The translations under genes and the position numbers were made by a program. From Balanoglossus misakiensis (lineage: Eukaryota > Animalia > Hemichordata): a DNA stretch of 64,000 nucleotides. The stretch is from NCBI GenBank assembly GCA_040954595.2, contig CM082592.2, forward strand, positions 10,031,677-10,095,676, given 5' to 3'. The number at the start of each line of letters is the position of its first letter. Within the stretch, counting starts at the first letter, position 1. The notes beneath the pieces were generated by a model. It saw only the letters and a list, made by a program, of their open reading frames with translations. It did not search any database and was not told the origin of the DNA. This document shows positions 27,904 to 39,151 of this stretch, piece after piece.

Positions 27904-29305
27904 ATGTGTTTAAGTTGTTCCCGAGCCAATCGCTTTAATAAATTAAGTCGCGCTCTGCAAATTGGCGACCATTATAATGACATGATGGTGGTTAATTGTC
28001 TAGGAGTAGTTTCTGCAAGTGTTTGTTCCAGACTTCATACTTGGTCCCCTCTGCTGGGGGTGCGTCACCTTCTGGTGGGCGTGAGGCCAATTTCAACACG
28101 AACTGGCGTTTTAAGAACATTTTGCTGTTCATCAACCGCCGATAACCAAATATCAGTGAACTTTAATCAGTTTATTCAGGAAAATACCACAGTGTCGACG
28201 AATCACCTTACACCTGAAATAAAATTGCGACTGATAACACCCGACTGTAAACTGTGGAATACTTCACATGAAGAGTGTCCAGTGACAGATCCCTTCTGGG
28301 CTTTCTATTGGCCTGGTGGTCAGGTATTAACAAGGTATGTTTCACCTATTCTAATTTTCTTTATATGCAAGACTATACTACCATTATTTTCATGATATTA
28401 TCTATTATATTATCTTTCATTTTCATACACATGCCAACTTTGTTCATTGGTCCAGTGGTGAAACCGTGGGTGAAACCTACAGCTGCCTCAGGGGCTCGAT
28501 ATGCGCCACCAACGTTGGACCAATACGATTGTTCGAAAAAAAGAGGAAGAGTCGGAAAGACCTTTGAAATCAAAATGTATGGAGTCAAGAGGATGTGAAC
28601 AACGTTTGATTACAATTTCTAACTACCAAGACTATTTGCATTACGTGTGTAGGTTTTTACTGGACAACCCAGAATTCATTCATGGAAAACAAGTTCTTGA
28701 TGTCGGCAGTGGTTGTGGTGCTAGTGCCATTGCAGCAGTCAAGCTTGGAGCCAGACGTGTCCTGGCCAACGATATAGACCCAGGTAAAATAGTTCATGTG
28801 ATTTTCGTAATGAAATTGCCCAATGTAACTCTTTCATGCCATTGTCCTGTTTGCAAAATAACATTCTGGGAAATTGTCCAAAATAAACATAGATTTTATG
28901 TCTTCTATATATACTTGAGAACCATCTGACTTGAAGAAAGTTTGACACATAGTTGTATATCTCCCAGTTGCAGTGAGAAGCATCCAGCTGAATGCAGAGT
29001 TGAATAATGTTGCCGTGGAGACAAGCACACAAGATCTTATTGGTCAGCTGGACCAATGCTGGGACACTGTTCTTCTTGGAGACATGTTCTATGACCTTGA
29101 GTTCACAACCACGGTTACTGATTGGTTGTTGAAGCTGTTGTCAATCAAAAGAACCAGCATTTTGATTGGTGATCCAGGCAGGGTGTTTTTAAATCAACAT
29201 CCAATCAGGGGACGGCTGCAACAGGTGGCAAAATACAGCCTCCCGCAACAGTGCAGGGAAGAAAACCACGGCTTCACAGATGGTAGAGTCTGGACCATTG
29301 TGTAG
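27904..29305 (+). CDS. ETFBKMT: Electron transfer flavoprotein beta subunit lysine methyltransferase (METTL20)
   Basis: Exons 27904 (or 27982)-28334, 28653-28783 and 28968-29305. Motifs: LTPEIKLRLITP, DPFWAFYWPGGQVLTRFLLDNP, SAM-binding VLDVGSGCGA, ANDIDP, LGDMFYD, ILIGDPGR, EENHGFT. The Arg/Ser/Leu-rich N-terminus resembles a mitochondrial presequence. Confidence 0.93.
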
Positions 29306-30005
29306 CAGATGTCGCAGTGTAAAGATTGTGGTTGTCTTGGGCCATTTTGACAATATTGGCCATTGAGGGCGCTATTGTTGAGAAATGGGAACCATGGTTT
29401 CACAGAACCACTATAATCTCTGTAACGAAATACTTGTCTGGAAAGAAGTTGACTGTCACGTGTCTACTTTTATTCTATCACGAGACACCTCATATAAGTG
29501 ATGGTGTAACTGTGATAAAATACACATGATCACCTTCTTGACCAATAAGCAACACATACCCCAATCCAGTTTAATAAACACAATTCTTTTATTGTAAGTT
29601 TTGCTGTACATTATGATCCCCCCAAAAATTATAAGTTTGCAATTAAAAACATATTTTTGTTCTGATATTATTCTTCATAAGTATGTGTGTCCAGCCAATT
29701 TAAACTCTTATTGCACGTTATCTTCCAGTTGTTTAAATTTGAGGCACTTTTATAAACAATCATATTTCTGGTCAGCTGCCACTTTTTGTAATTAATGCTA
29801 GTCACCGGGTAGCTGTATACAAAGCCTAGTAACATGTAAAATGGATACCTGTACAAAGAGATATGAATTAAGAGATGGTGTGTGCTTATTGACTGCACAA
29901 GCTTGAATATACAGTGAATCAACATAATTTGATATGTTATTAAATAAGGTACAATCAACCCATAAATTTTCTACAATTGTCCTCGTAAAATTTGCACTCT
30001 TTAAT

Positions 30006-31570
30006 CTATTTGTCGAGAACATCTTTCACAGTGTCACCCCGTTTCCTAATGAAGTCACTCTTCAACAACCGTAGAAACAGCACCACGTTGACCGACGTCA
30101 TGATGACAAGTCCGAGCATCGCCACGCCGACCAACACCAGGGGAAGCAAGGCATGGTTGACCAGTAACCACCAGGCCATCCAGAGTAAAACCCCAAATCG
30201 GAAAATGACAAAAGTCACAATGTTCACAAAGCTGTTCACCGTGTATAGAGCGCTATTTCTCGATGTGGACATCATCTGGAGCAGCTGACGTCCGTGAAGG
30301 AAAATACTGTTGACTTCACAAAGCAGAGACACCACAGCATAGTAAATGTACTTCTTGGTTGTCAGGGCTATTCCAAAACACACGATAATCTGTTGATCAA
30401 TCACAAAGATATTAAGTTAGAATATGTGGTCAAGTTATCAAAGCAAGGGTTTTTGGTAAGCAGCTGAGTTGATGTAAATTTCAAGGCCTGTCTAATAATA
30501 GACCGAAACCAACTTACTGTTATGTGGTGTAACATCAAGGGCCATACATCTTTTATTTTTTTGTAGTTCAGCATGTCGTACAAGTCGTACGTAAAATAGC
30601 CTGGAAAGGAAAAGCAGAGAGGACTTAATTGAAGCTTTGAATGCCCAGATGTTCAAGAATGGGATGTACCTTTTATTGTGCAATGCTTTCATCCCAAAAT
30701 AATGTGATGTCAATGTCTTCTGTTCAATACCACTTTCAAGTTCAGTGGGCACATTTGAGTGACCTACTTACCCACTGATACAGCGACTAAAACTTCACCA
30801 AAACGTGTGTGTCTGTTTATGAGGTCATCAAGAATTTCAGGATTCTTGTACAAGCTGCAAAAAGGGGAAAACAAAAATAACAATAATGACATAATATCAG
30901 GTGAAGGTGCTCCTTAAAACAATATTTATTAGGATTTGTATATGTTTGCAGTTTTTGAAGCAGATGGAATTTTTGCGCGTGTTTCTCAAAGTCCTACTGA
31001 CAGAGATATGCACCAAATTCCATCCATATAATGCCCATTGTCTCTGTTATTCAGTGCCTACATAACCATCTCAACCAACCAACTAATAAAATGTATAGTC
31101 ATTGTCACAGTACTGTCATACTAAAAATAGCACCGTGTGATTGTGAGAATACATTGTTACATAACCCGTCTTATTTTTTAAGATGTGCAGATAGTTGAGT
31201 GCACAGATGTACAAAGGTCAGTTGACTGCATAAAAAAATCTCTTCTGTAAAACAGGATTGGTTGCCCAGGGCACATATGCATTGCAGTTTCCGATACCGC
31301 ATACATGGGGTACAATACATACCAAAGAAGTGACCACGATCCCACAATTGTGGCGTGAACGAAGGACGTAGCGATGTTGCGCCAGTTATATTTCGTCTTG
31401 GACGACTTGTCCGCCGGAGGAGCAGCAACGCGACTTATCGACGAGTTGATCGAATGGAAAATGACAGCTGCAGCAAAAACTATCGCTGCGGGATAACCGC
31501 TTTTCATTGAAGAAGGCTCCACATATTGCACAGAGCTCCCGAAAGTACGATCAGCATCTGATACACTCAT
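30006..31570 (-). CDS. TLC domain-containing protein, TLCD1/TLCD2-like, copy A
   Basis: Exons 31323-31570 (WRNIATSFVHA), ~30772-30854 (NPEILDDLI..VAVSVG), 30517-30601 (YFTYDLYDM..LMLHH) and 30006-30389 (LLCEVNSIFLHGRQLL, NIVTFVIFRF). These are TRAM-LAG1-CLN8 domain hallmarks. Confidence 0.88.
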
Positions 31571-32618
31571 CTCGACTACCGATTTTGGCGTTGAGCCGAA
31601 CCAACTCACTCAGATATGTGCAACTGAGGATCCATTTCTCCGTGCATGGGGATGGGCGTCAGCGCTCATGTAACGAGTGACATTGACATGACCTTTGACG
31701 CGTTATGCAACAAACCAAAACCCCCAAGAAACCATATCACACCTTTCATTTCACCCGCTCACTCGATCCGGGTGCTCACCCAGATTTTCCGTTCTGTGGT
31801 TGAAGTAATCAGTTGTTTAATTCATGACGTTTCAATTAATGACATTGGCTTTCCATCCTCCTAAAATACTAGTATGTACTGGGAATGCCAATAATAACCA
31901 ATAGCTTAGCGGGTCTCTGAGGGTTACGTCATAACCTTATTATATTATACAGTTATATTCGATCGCTCAATGAAAGTACATTGTGATTCATGGCCCTTTC
32001 CTTCAGTTGCTGAACAGATTTTTAAAAAGTATCGTTTGATGATGTTGGTGCCATAAAACTTCAATAAAATTAGAGGTCAATGGTTTTTTTTCGTTGTAAA
32101 GGAATCGGCGACTGAGACGGACAAAACTGATAATTGTTGAATAGGTAAAAATCAAAGTTTCATAAAGTTGGTACATTTCCACATGTCGATGTCAGCAAAT
32201 TATCACAAAAGGTTCAATCGTGTTCGTTTCGTTCATATTCAATGAAAACAAAATGAACATGGTCTAACCATGTAATTATTTATTACTTCAGAAATACATA
32301 TATGGATATACAGGGTTAACATCATCAAGAGAAAATGTGGTAACCATGGACCAATCGGGTATGGAGAACTCCAGGGTCTATGGTAGTTGGTACCAACCTA
32401 CGGTACTTCGAGAAATAATAGGCAAATAGCCTAAACCACCAAAAGCACACCAAGACAAAAAAAACTTTATGAAAGTGCCAACAGAGCTATGAACTCGCAC
32501 GTAAATTTAGGACAACGTTTAGGGTGACGTAAACAGCTCAATATCCTCACTGTCTTAGATGCTTTCCCACAACTCTCCATGGAAGATCGATATTTCGTGC
32601 ATGTGGCACATTGTGCAC

Positions 32619-34171
32619 CTAATCGTCACCCACTTTAACGTTATTTTTCTTGCCTAGCCTCTTGATGAAGTCACTGTACAGTAACCTGAAAAACAACACC
32701 ACATTGACTGACGTCAAGATGAAAAGTGTAATCACAATTATGCAAACCATCACAGGTGGGACTAAGGAATAATTGACGTATATCCAACGGTACATCCACA
32801 ATAAGACTCCAAATCGGAAGATGACAAACGTCGAAATGTTCATAAGGCTGGTCACGATGTACACTGTGCTGTTTATCGGCGTCCCATGCATCTTGAGGAG
32901 CCGTCGTCCATGAAGGAATACGCTGTTTAATTCAGCATGCAAGGCGACCACACAATAATAAGCGTACTTTTTAATCACGAGTGGTATTGCAAAAGTAGAG
33001 ATAATCTGCGGGTCAACAAAAAAGAATTATTGGAACAGGCTGTGGTCATAAAACATGGTTTCTGAGGCGTATTACTTTTTTTGTCACGTATTTTTTGGTC
33101 GTGTTACCATATATATTTATTCTGTGCTTTCATTCATTTGCAAAACGGGTCCATTTTATCTCCTTATTTCCTACACAGAATCTACAGTGACTTCCAGGCA
33201 CTGGTGTACTTCGGTGTTTAAGGGCAGACAGAAATACACTTACAGTTACATGGTGTAAAATCAAAGGCCACGAATCTGTGATCTTTCTGTACTTCACTAT
33301 GTTACACAAATCGTATGTAAAGTAACCTGGAAAGGAAGACCAGAAAAGCAATGTTTCAGCCACTATAAAGGTACTGGATCATCCATTGACCTAAACTTAC
33401 TCATGTCTGTGGATCCTGCATAGAAATTGGTCATGGAGCGGAAAAAATGAAAGTGATTTTGTTCACTGAAGTGGTTTGTACGAACGACTCAACAGAAATT
33501 GATATTGCGAGCACAAATTCGCATTTCAAAAATCCCAGGTCGAACTTTTTAACACTTACCTATTGATACAGTGAGCAAGAGTTCGCCAAGAAGTGCGCAC
33601 CTGTTAATGAGGTCATCAAGAATTTCGGGATTCACGTACAAACTGCGAAATATAATGCATTTAGTTTACGTTTTACAACAACAATCACATCCTAGGGGGC
33701 CAGTATAGTTTCGGTACTATGAAACCCTTGAGGCTGAAACTACTCGTGCAAAAGACAAAACCGAATGTCGGACCGAATGTGAACTATTTCTTAGTAACGA
33801 AAAATGTCAATAATTAACCTATATATTTAATAAAAAATAAGTGTGTAGGACATACAACTTGAACATACAACGGGGTTTGCAATACTTTTTTTGCAAATTT
33901 GGGGAGGTGGTGCCCAAATACCAAAATTCCGTCTTAGTACGTACCAAATAACTGCCGATGATCCTGCAATGATGGCGTGGAAACACGACGTGGCAATGTT
34001 CGTCTTCATAATTTTGTTCGGTGGAAGAAAGATGCCACTTATTATAAACGTATTCACCAATTGGAAAATGACGGCCGAAGCACACACCGGTATCGCTGCC
34101 ATGTAACCATTTATCACTAAATATGAAGACTTTGAATCTAAAGTCTGATAGGCGTCTACTGAACCGATCAT
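32619..34171 (-). CDS. TLC domain-containing protein, TLCD1/TLCD2-like, copy B (tandem paralog)
   Basis: Same 4-exon structure as copy A: ~33945-34171, 33560-33643, 33244-33327 and 32619-33005. Motifs: NIATSCFHA, NPEILDDLINR, GYFTYDL, LILHH, AELNSVFLHGRRLL, FVIFRFGVLLWM. Confidence 0.88.
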
Positions 34172-35092
34172 TTTGAATACTATTTAGGCCTAAAAGTACT
34201 GCAGTAGGCTTACATGTATGTACATGTAGTTTAGATCAAAACTGGGCGCGGCTGTCTCGTACGAAGACTAGAGCGCGATTCACATGTCCTTCCACTGACC
34301 CACCTGGCGAACTGTCACAATCAGCGATTAAAATGCATGGGTTCGCTTGGGAAATCGGCGGAAAATTCTCTGAACAACGACTTAATAATAGTAGGAGTTA
34401 GTAATAATCAGAGTGAGACTGGTTTAGGCCTACTTTGCGAGTCAGTCCTGACGCAGAATGGACGTTGTTGCCCAGCTTTGCATTAGGCCTGAAGGTGACT
34501 GCTCACTGACCTTAAATACATAAATTACAGAGCAACTGAAAATACTACTTGTGTTGGGTGACCGTATCCACGGCTATCAGTCACGATTAATAGTCAGCGT
34601 GACCTTCAAAGTCTACCAGGTCAGTCGACGCGTCGATCGCGCGCGCGCGCACCAAACGCGTCCTCTCAAAGCGTCGTCTTACGCGCGTACGCGCATGTGC
34701 GTGATTTCATGTATACATAACATCAAGTCTGCAAAGTTTGTGTTTGATTCATTAATGAACTGCCTTTGCTCCTTCAATATTTCATGCATACCATATAAGT
34801 AGACTTTAATTTTGTCCCTTCTTTTCACCCAAATTGCTGTCTTTTAAATAAACAATCTGGAATTATATTAAACTATTGTATTGATAAGATAGGATCAACA
34901 CCTACACACGACTTTATTGCAAAGTTTCCATGACAACCACACAAGTTGGAAAGGGCTACTTAGGTGGGTGGTTATTATATTTATTAGTTGCGTCTACTCA
35001 TACAAAGGCTTGGTTTTACAGAACTATACACTGAGAATTTTTTTTTTTTCAAAGCTTTCAACATCATGCAAAGGCAGACGAGTCACTTGGTG

Positions 35093-36587
35093 CTAACTTC
35101 TCTTTTGGTCGCCCAGGTCTTCGACCATATCTTCTTCAATCTGAAAGAACAAATGCCGGTGTACATCATTAAAATAATTCAAAGATCTGATCAACCACTC
35201 AAAAACTACCACAGAAAACACTAAGTATACAAAGCATGTGCATCAGTGATGCTGAAGTATACAATACCAAATAAAGACACACCTTAAAATGACCCATACA
35301 TATATATACATAATAAAACTGTATTGATATCAAGATGAGTTGCCATAGTAACCTACATCTTTCCATTTGGCCAGCATGACTTCTGGGATATCATAAGTAA
35401 CATCTCCTTGAATGACAATTTCATCATCACCAGTCACTGATGACCCACAAGAAAAATGACTTGCAAAATACTTTGATGCCGTCTTCAAATCAATATCTGT
35501 AAGAAAAATGATAAGTTTTGTGTTGTGTTTTCTGTCCAGACAAAAACACTGATAAGACAAAGACTGAAAGCAATGAATGACAGTTTTGACAGATTTGCAA
35601 CTGGACTCGCAGTTCTCATGTGTATAGCGCCCTCTTGAGACATCAGGATGCTAACTTTCAGCCATATCAAGAATATTTTACCAATCTGAACAGGTCACTG
35701 AGCGAGGACAGTCCTTAATAGGTTACTGGCACAGACTTGTTCTGCAGTTCACGTGCAGTCAACATTTGCAGAGACACTATGGCAGTACTTGTCGAGGAGA
35801 CAAGTCTGACAGCATGACTCAACTGAACTTACCAAACGTTCTCAAACCCCTGACAACTGTCACATATTTCCTTTTGTTTCTTTGTAGTCTGCTAATTGTG
35901 ACTTTCTGTGGGCCGGTCTTCTTTCTTGCTTTGATTACTCCTCTGCCCCCTGGCAACACAGAGAAAGGGTAATTAGTCAGCTGACATGGCAACCAGAGGG
36001 AAATGTCCCAACAATGACCCCCAATCGTTATGGACTCTGATATACTACAAGGATTTGGTTTTCGAGAATCCACAGCAATAAGAATGATAACGCAATTTTG
36101 CTCTGTCAAACTCACCCCGTTTTTGTTTCTTCTTTTCTGAACTGATTTCATCTTCACCTCCTTTCAGTCTCAACATTAAATCAAACTGATCAGGTAAATT
36201 CTTCTCTAACCACTTCTTGCACTTCTCGTAGTCTGGCTGAAACTCGCAGTACTCAAGTGGCATGGTGCATTCTGAGGAAGACAAGCGTTTAAGGCATGTT
36301 GAGTTTTTAGTACAGCAAATGAAAAAGGCAAATTAGAGTCTATATTCAGTATGTATGTAAAGGTTTGGGGAGGGGCATCAAAGGACTAACTGTTACAATT
36401 CCAGCTGCTGTGACAATATATGTTTAATACCTCCACAGTAAATGACTTTGATAGGGTAGGACACTGGTTCAGGTTCTGGTTCCAAATGCTCTGTCTCTTT
36501 ACTGGGCACTTCTTCCTCTGTGTCGCCAGGTGTTGTCTCTTCTGTATTCAAATCACCTGGTGCTTCTTCTACATCCGCAGAAGCCAT
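35093..36587 (-). CDS. DENR: Density-regulated protein (SUI1-domain translation re-initiation factor)
   Basis: Exons 36431-36587 (YPIKVIYCG), 36116-36271 ([26 protein letters not shown]), ~35833-35949 ([19 protein letters not shown]), 35357-35497 ([19 protein letters not shown]) and 35093-35140 ([11 protein letters not shown]..stop). A non-coding first-exon donor lies near 36888. Confidence 0.95.
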
Positions 36588-39151
36588 TATGATCAGTGTA
36601 GGAAGACTATAATAGAGAAAATCACTTATTAGTGCAATCTAACAGTTTCGCACCTTCATTTAGTCTGATCTGATCTTGACGACAAGAAAATATCGATGCC
36701 ACCGTAGAGGTCTATCTCTCTGTGTAATCGATTTCTTAGCAACTTACATGTCCACATGTATCACGTACACGAGTCTGACGCATCATTGATAAAACATTAT
36801 AATCGAGACGTTTGACCTGTTCCCTACTCTATGATTCCTAGACATTTCCAATCTTAAAACGTTCCTTTAGAATACTGAAATATTCTTACCGATGGTGAAA
36901 GTCCCTAAAATCGTGGAATGCGATGAGTATTCAGTAGAGTTCCCGTTGACACGATTTCCCCGTTCCAGCTGACAGCACTTGCGCTGTGACCTGACGCATG
37001 CGCCACAGTCACAAAGGTTATATTTTCAAAACGTTGATCAAGATAGATGATCGCGAGTATCGAGTAGCGTGATAGAAGTTTCGCCGATTTCGGCACAGGT
37101 ACAGTTTTATTCAGGTGAGTAAGTTTGTCCTAGTTATGTAAAGGGAATTCCTTACATGTGAAACATATTGATATGAAATCGTTTTCTCTCGATCGCCTCT
37201 CCTTGAGATAAACCGTTGTCAGCTGTAGCAGACGCCCTGCAGTGCAGACGCCAAAGACAGTGGTACAGTATGTCAATGAAAACTGGTGTAATATTATACA
37301 AGTAAAGGTTTTGTATACAAGTAAAAGTCTTGTTGCTTAGCAGAAAGTTACAGCCAGTCGTCAACAGAAGCTTCCACAGTCTTTGAAATGAATAAAATCA
37401 TGAATTCCATGGTTTTCTATATAACTTTTACAAAAGTGGGGGAAATTGTTTTTTTGTTTTTGTTTTATTGATAATGATATAATAGAGTTTGTCTTTTGGA
37501 AATCTCAAATATTACCCATGGTTACGGTAGTAGTGGAGATCTCCATATAAACAGAAACATTTCGGCAAAGCTCTCCCGTCATTGACAGGATTACACAGCG
37601 CTGCAATAAATTCATAAATAATAAATGAAAAACCGGTAACTGTTCCTGGAGTTCAACAATTCCCTATTGTTAGTCTGTCATTTGCTTCCCACAATTTCCT
37701 GTGACGGTTTAGTGCAAAAAATAACAAAGTACAATATTCTTATCCTGCCAGCCGTACTTTTTCTTTGTAGAAAATACTGATAACGTAAGATGGAATTAAT
37801 AAAAAAGAAAGAAAGATAATAATGCTTCAAACTACTGGTAATTGCCAAAAAGCAAAAAAAAAATATTTAAAATTGCATTCTTATTATTCATAGTACAGTC
37901 AGTGTCTTAATTAATGGCTTAATATCAATTATAATATCAATAGGAACTTAGATGTTTATGATCTCTTGCCATGGACATCAGAAGACACATGCTTTTGTGC
38001 TATTGAATTAGATGCACCTTTGTTATTCATTTTAATCTTCATTATCAATAATACCCAGTCATGACTGTGATAATTAGCATATTGTTGGCATACAGTTTCT
38101 CAAAACAGTCTGTTCCTGTTTTACAAAGGGGTTAGTGATGCAATCAATATGCTGGTTTGCAAGTAATACTATATACCTATAGGATAGGGTTATAAGGTGA
38201 ATTGGGATGTTTAAAGAAAAGGGTGTCTTTTTGCGCTTTCATTACTATTGTTTGCAATGTGTTACAAGGAAGTGATCTGATTGATGTGAACAGAAGTAAC
38301 TAACACTTAAACAGGTTAGCCATGTCATATTTCACCCATGATGCACCTGGTGTGTACAATGCAGTTGCTATGGAAGCAATACCAGATACTGTGTTATAGA
38401 TCAGAGAAGGGAACATTAAATGTTGGACACTTGACTTTCATTTAAATATTCTGTAAATACCAATATCTGGAAGTAATTATGAAATAGTTGTGAAAATGCC
38501 CATTTAAGATTACACCATGTACCTGTCATCTATTCACAGTTTGCAGACTGTAAAGTGAAAGACAAATCTATTTAGAAATTTTGTTGAATACAGGCCATTA
38601 ATGTTGCTAGGTGATTTGACCTTTGTTAGGGTTGCCTGGCAACATGATGCTAGCATGTCTTGTCAAGTTTTTGGACCAAGTGATTTGGCTGTAGATTAGT
38701 GGACCGATCTGAAATTCCATTGACTGAATACACACCTCTTTGTGAGAGCTCTATGCAAAAGTGCGTGTACTAGAAACTTGGATAGCTGATTTTAATATTA
38801 AAAAAATAAATTATAGTTACGGTACTCTATCGGTGAGAATTAATTGATTTAATGAGAGTGGCTGCACTGAACAAGATTGCCTGTATTGGTCATGTGTATT
38901 CATGGTATCAATATAGACACTAGGTGTGTAGATAACAATAGAGGGTTTGGTAGTAAGTTCGCAAGGGCAATTGTAATATGAATACACTAGAGATAGCCCA
39001 CACCTGTTTGAGTTACAGCCAATTGTTGTATGCAAAGTGACCAAGGGCGGTTAATTTGACAGTTAAACCACGGCGATTGGAGTGTGGCTGCCATGACTGG
39101 GGAAGTGTAGTGGCATTACTATTGCTGTTTTTCATGGGATAATTACCAAAA

